Shown one piece after another: positions 60,001-64,000 of a stretch of DNA of 64,000 nucleotides. The stretch is from the NCBI GenBank assembly GCA_965603825.1, contig CBFDEM010000052.1:310001-374000 (forward strand), read 5' to 3'. Within the stretch, counting starts at the first letter, position 1, and each line of letters opens with the position of its first letter. Position numbers and translations under genes: made by a program. The notes under the pieces were generated by a model. The model was not told the DNA's origin and made no database searches. It saw only the letters and a list, made by a program, of their open reading frames with translations. Source of the DNA: Blepharisma stoltei ATCC 30299 (taxonomy: Eukaryota > Protista > Ciliophora).

Positions 60001-60558
60001 TTAAATTGCTAACTTATTTGTGAGTTTATTATACTGTCTATTAATAAATTGGGATAGCCTGACTTCTTCTTGCTTTTTAGAAAGAAGTTCGTTTTCTTTT
60101 TCTAATTTAGATGAATCAGAATCGATTTTAGTTCTGCTCATAATGTTTATAAAGTTTAGCTTTGATACAAGTCCTGGGTCAACAGCTAAGCTGTACTCTT
60201 TTTTTATTTTTGGGTTATCTAGCTTCAGAAATTCGATTTTTTGTTTCAATATTTTCATTTTCGGGTTATACTTTTTAGGCTTCCTATTTTCTAATAATTT
60301 TATCTTCTTGAGCATCCCAATCTTTTTTTCAATTATTTCTCTTCTTTTAGCTTCACTCTCAGTAAAATCAAAATCGCTTTTATATTCTTCACTTTCATAA
60401 CTTTCATAACTTTTTTTACTTTCTTCATTTTCTTCACTAACAAATTCATCGCTATAGACTTCACTGCTTTCATAATCATAATAACTTTCAATTGTTTCAG
60501 TTCTTATCGCGCTGTCCAACTCTTCTGAAATCTGCGTTTGAATATTTTCCTCATCCAT
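60001..60558 (-). CDS. Hypothetical protein with acidic N-terminus and basic C-terminus (185 aa)
   Basis: ATG..TAA ORF. Confidence 0.6.
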   Translation of the reverse strand: MDEENIQTQISEELDSAIRTETIESYYDYESSEVYSDEFVSEENEESKKSYESYESEEYKSDFDFTESEAKRREIIEKKIGMLKKIKLLENRKPKKYNPKMKILKQKIEFLKLDNPKIKKEYSLAVDPGLVSKLNFINIMSRTKIDSDSSKLEKENELLSKKQEEVRLSQFINRQYNKLTNKLAI

Positions 60559-60692
60559 TTTAACTTTATTATGAAATCTTCATTTATAAATAGGGATTTG
60601 TTAGAAGTATTGCTTAATAACCTAGAAAGCAGAGGATCGATATATGATGATTAAAGATGTTACATTTATTACCATTTTAAAGCATTTTAGCC

Positions 60693-62309
60693 TTATTTAG
60701 CGTCAAGCAACTTCAAGAGATCAGGATTTGTCGACCAAGCCTTTCTAAGAACTTCAATAGCTTCTTGAACTTTGATAAGCAAAAGAGGTGGGTTCTGCAA
60801 TAGTCCAAGGAGTTCAGCATTGTCCATTTCAAGAAGCATCCCAGTAATTTTGCCGGCAATCTGTTGGCTTGAGTTCTTAAGGACTTGAGGGTACACAGCT
60901 TCGCCAATCATTCTTTTCTTGATATCAGCAGATGCAGCATTAAAGTCACTTATATTAAAAGGTAGCTGAGGCTGTGGGACAGGCTGAGGCTGAGCAGGTG
61001 GTGGGTAATGAACAAAAGGCTGGGTTATGAGCATTTGGCTAGGAGCTTCTGCCTTTGGCCGAGCTGCTGCAAATCCAGGGACTCTCATACCTCTGCCTCT
61101 CCCCATCATGTTCCCCATCATCCCATACTCTCACATTTGGCTTTGGATTTTTCTCATCTTCATCATTCCTACCAGTTTTGCGACTTCTTCTCTTGGCTTC
61201 CAATGAGCTACAAACAGCTTATTCCCTTCTAGTGATGTATCCCTCAAAACAGCCAGTGCTTTATTTGCACTCTCAGCTTTAACATAGCACACATATGCAA
61301 TCCCTCTCGGAGTCATCTCTTTGATTTGTCGCCCATCTTCAAACTTCACATTTTCTGTCTTTGGAATCAAAACTGATTCAACCTGCCCATAAGTTTCGCA
61401 GATTTTCTTCAGTTTTTCTTCATCAATCGAGGTAGGGATTCCTCTGATATAGAGATTTCTCCTTTTCCACTCCTCAATTTTCTTCTGATAATTAGCCTTG
61501 TTAATTGCCAGCCTCAAAGCTTTTTTCATATGTGGGACTACAAACCATGTGAAATTTCCTTCAGCTCTTCCATTCATATCACTTGCAGCTTTTCTTGCGT
61601 TTTCTGCTGTATCAAAGCAGACGAAGCCGAAATATCTTGGTTGGCCTTGGAATTCGTTTTTCATGATGACGTGAGATGTGATTTCTCCAAAAGTGGAAAA
61701 TCGCTTGTGAAGATCTTCATCAGTTAATGAGGAATCAAAGCCTCTCACATATAGGTTGCGGTTGTTTGATAGGTCATTTCGCTCTTTCATTGGGACGAAT
61801 TTTTCAACAATAAGTCTGCTTCCATTAAGCTCCAAATTTTTGGCTGATTCTAATGCTAATTTGGCTGATTCTTGCTTTTCAAACTGGACAAAGCCGTAGC
61901 CTCTGGGGCGCTCGTTGGAGTCATAAACTAGCTTTGTAGACAAAATGCTACCATAAGGACTAAATAAGTTATCTAGCTCTTTGCTTGTGACGCCTTCAGG
62001 GAGGTTGTTGATGAATAAATTTGCTTCTGGGTCGCGCTCTTTGCAGTATTTCATGACTCTTATGTGCTTTCCTTTGATGTCAAGACCATTCAATTCAACT
62101 CTTGCTGTGTTGGCCTGAATTGGGTCTGTGAAACTCACGAAGGCAAAACCTAATGAAATACGTGTATCGATATGCCGAAGAACTCTAATATAAACCACTT
62201 GGCCATACTTTGAAGTTGTTTGAAATAGGTCAGATTCAGAAACACTTGGGTGAAGGTCTCCAATAAAAATCTGAGCTCCTTGATTACTTGCTTTTCCTTG
62301 GACTTGCAT
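60693..62309 (-). CDS. PABP: Poly(A)-binding protein (4 RRM + MLLE), divergent
   Basis: RNP motifs LGFAFVSF, RGYGFVQF, RYFGFVCF, RGIAYVCY; MLLE AGKITGMLLEMDN; TGA 61131-61133 = Trp. Confidence 0.9.
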
Positions 62310-62927
62310 TATTATCCTTAAAGACAAATGCTATAATGGCATCCATTTATCTAAACATTTAGAGCGAAACAATGAGAAGAGGTGGAATCAAGAGATAGGC
62401 ATTAGAATAACAGTTAATAATTAATTAAAAATCGATTTTAACAGTAATTTATTATTTATGAAAACAATTTGATTTTATTGAACTAAACTAATTAAAACTA
62501 AAAAATATCTTGCTTGGTCAAATATATTGCATATCCCTCAAGACTTTTACACAGAATTTCTATAAATGCTTTTTAGCTTTAAGAAATCATTGTAGTATAG
62601 TCAAATCATACATTTTAAAATAAAAGGATTTAATGGAAATAAAAAATCATAATGATTAATATAACTTATTCCACAATCATTACTTAATAATATTAATCAA
62701 TAATCAAATCTTAAAAAAAAACCAAAAAGATGCAAAAATCGCAGAATAAAAGCTCTTTCTGAATCTTTAAATAATCATCTCACTTCTAATAAAAATTATA
62801 TCATCTCAACTAGGGATGCCCAGAATTGTCTCCATTTACTAAATGTCAGTTAGATTTTTTAAAATTTAAAATAAGTTCGGGGCTCTTTTTTGGGAAAATT
62901 ATGCTTAATTAATTATGGTTTATCAGT

Positions 62928-63440
62928 TTATATTTGTGCAATGATTTCATTGATTGTGTTGATGCAGCCAATTTTAGTTTCTGGCACGATCTTCAAGTCC
63001 CTCAAAGCGAGATCAACCTTTTTCTTCAATCTTGCGAAATTTATATTTTCAGTCATTGTTTTTGGTGTTTCTTTTTCTATTTCTATTTGTTCTTTAATCT
63101 CCCAGCAAACCCTTCTAATTATTTCGTATTTTTGCGGATTTATTCTAAATCGTGCAATTCTGAGATGCTCAATACATTGATTTGTGATCTTGAGCACGAT
63201 TTGCCTTCTCTTCCTATAAAGTATTTTTGCCATAAGGTGTATATGCGAATTCTGTGCTTGGAAGTCAAGCTCAGTGATTTCGTCAGTCATAATAAGCCTT
63301 TCTATACGCTTTCTTGAGTCATCTATTTGCTGCTCGATTGACTGAGTAAGAGTTTGGAGGCATTGTAGCTCTGAGTCCAAATTATCAGATTTTGCGCCTA
63401 AAGTCTTAGCGAATGAAGCCCATCTGTAGAGATCCTGCAT
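62928..63440 (-). CDS. Hypothetical coiled-coil protein (170 aa)
   Basis: ATG..TAA ORF with heptad-like character. Confidence 0.6.
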   Translation of the reverse strand: MQDLYRWASFAKTLGAKSDNLDSELQCLQTLTQSIEQQIDDSRKRIERLIMTDEITELDFQAQNSHIHLMAKILYRKRRQIVLKITNQCIEHLRIARFRINPQKYEIIRRVCWEIKEQIEIEKETPKTMTENINFARLKKKVDLALRDLKIVPETKIGCINTINEIIAQI

Positions 63441-64000
63441 TTTTCTTTAAATTATATTGATAAACGGATACTTCGCTTGAAGTGTTTTTATGCTAACCTA
63501 ATATGGTGCAGGACAAAAATGTTCTGTTAGAGATTTTACTTAGACCGAAAATTATTAAAGAATAAAAGCAAAGAAAGAGGTGATTTTTAAAATCTGCACG
63601 ACTTTGGATACCAGCTAAGAAGTATTGAACTTATATAAAGAGCTTGGCCAAAAAGCCAGTAAGATAAATTAAGCAGATTCTTTATTTTGGATTGCATGCT
63701 TCCATAAACTGTAAATGCTTTTATTTAAGTTTGATATGACTTATCCAAAGTTCTTCAGACTGCTCCAATCATAAAGCTAACGATAACCAACTAAGCAGCT
63801 TCCATTATTTTTAGATTCCGTAAAAACTAATTTTGGATACAAGGCTACCAGGAATCAATTTAAAAGCAAAATTATTTTGTTAAGCTCTGTTCCTAATAAT
63901 TCTCTTAATTTTAATTATTTTATATATCTTTGCGCAGAAAGCTCATAACACTTCAATAAACACCTCAGTTTGGTTTTATTTTTTGCAATTTTTGATTTAT

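Noticed and set aside
2434-62327. Many split ORFs read as pseudogenes or separate genes
   Set aside because: The fragments share a frame and are separated only by TGA at conserved Trp sites or by 15/16-nt introns.
1-64000. Transposons, IESs, telomeric repeats or rRNA
   Set aside because: No transposase or RT motifs, terminal inverted repeats, telomere tracts or rRNA-like segments were seen, and genes are uninterrupted, consistent with somatic DNA. Short intergenic IESs cannot be excluded by eye.

Overview
AT-rich, gene-dense eukaryotic DNA, most likely a heterotrich ciliate macronuclear chromosome (Blepharisma-like; inferred, not database-confirmed). Two properties explain the fragmented ORF track. 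First, TGA reads as Trp: it sits at invariant Trp positions in kinases, a USP, Kelch, MORN and IQ repeats. Second, genes carry 15-16 nt GT..AG introns with A at position 10. Rebuilt this way the window holds about 42 protein genes, 11 tiny-intron candidates and one aberrant tRNA-like element. I saw no transposon, CRISPR array, rRNA or telomeric tract. Best leads: a 71-nt tRNA mimic (56640-56710); an ankyrin/Cys4/coiled-coil-fused Trf4/Cid1-type nucleotidyltransferase; TrmO fused to an ArgRS-N-like domain; a membrane-anchored double-PAM2 protein; apparent pseudoenzymes (allantoinase-like, PB1-trypsin-Kelch, ATP-grasp-like); a gene apparently ending in TGA although TGA=Trp; and a secreted Cys-rich gene bracketed by ~110-bp direct repeats. 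All calls are manual motif recognition.
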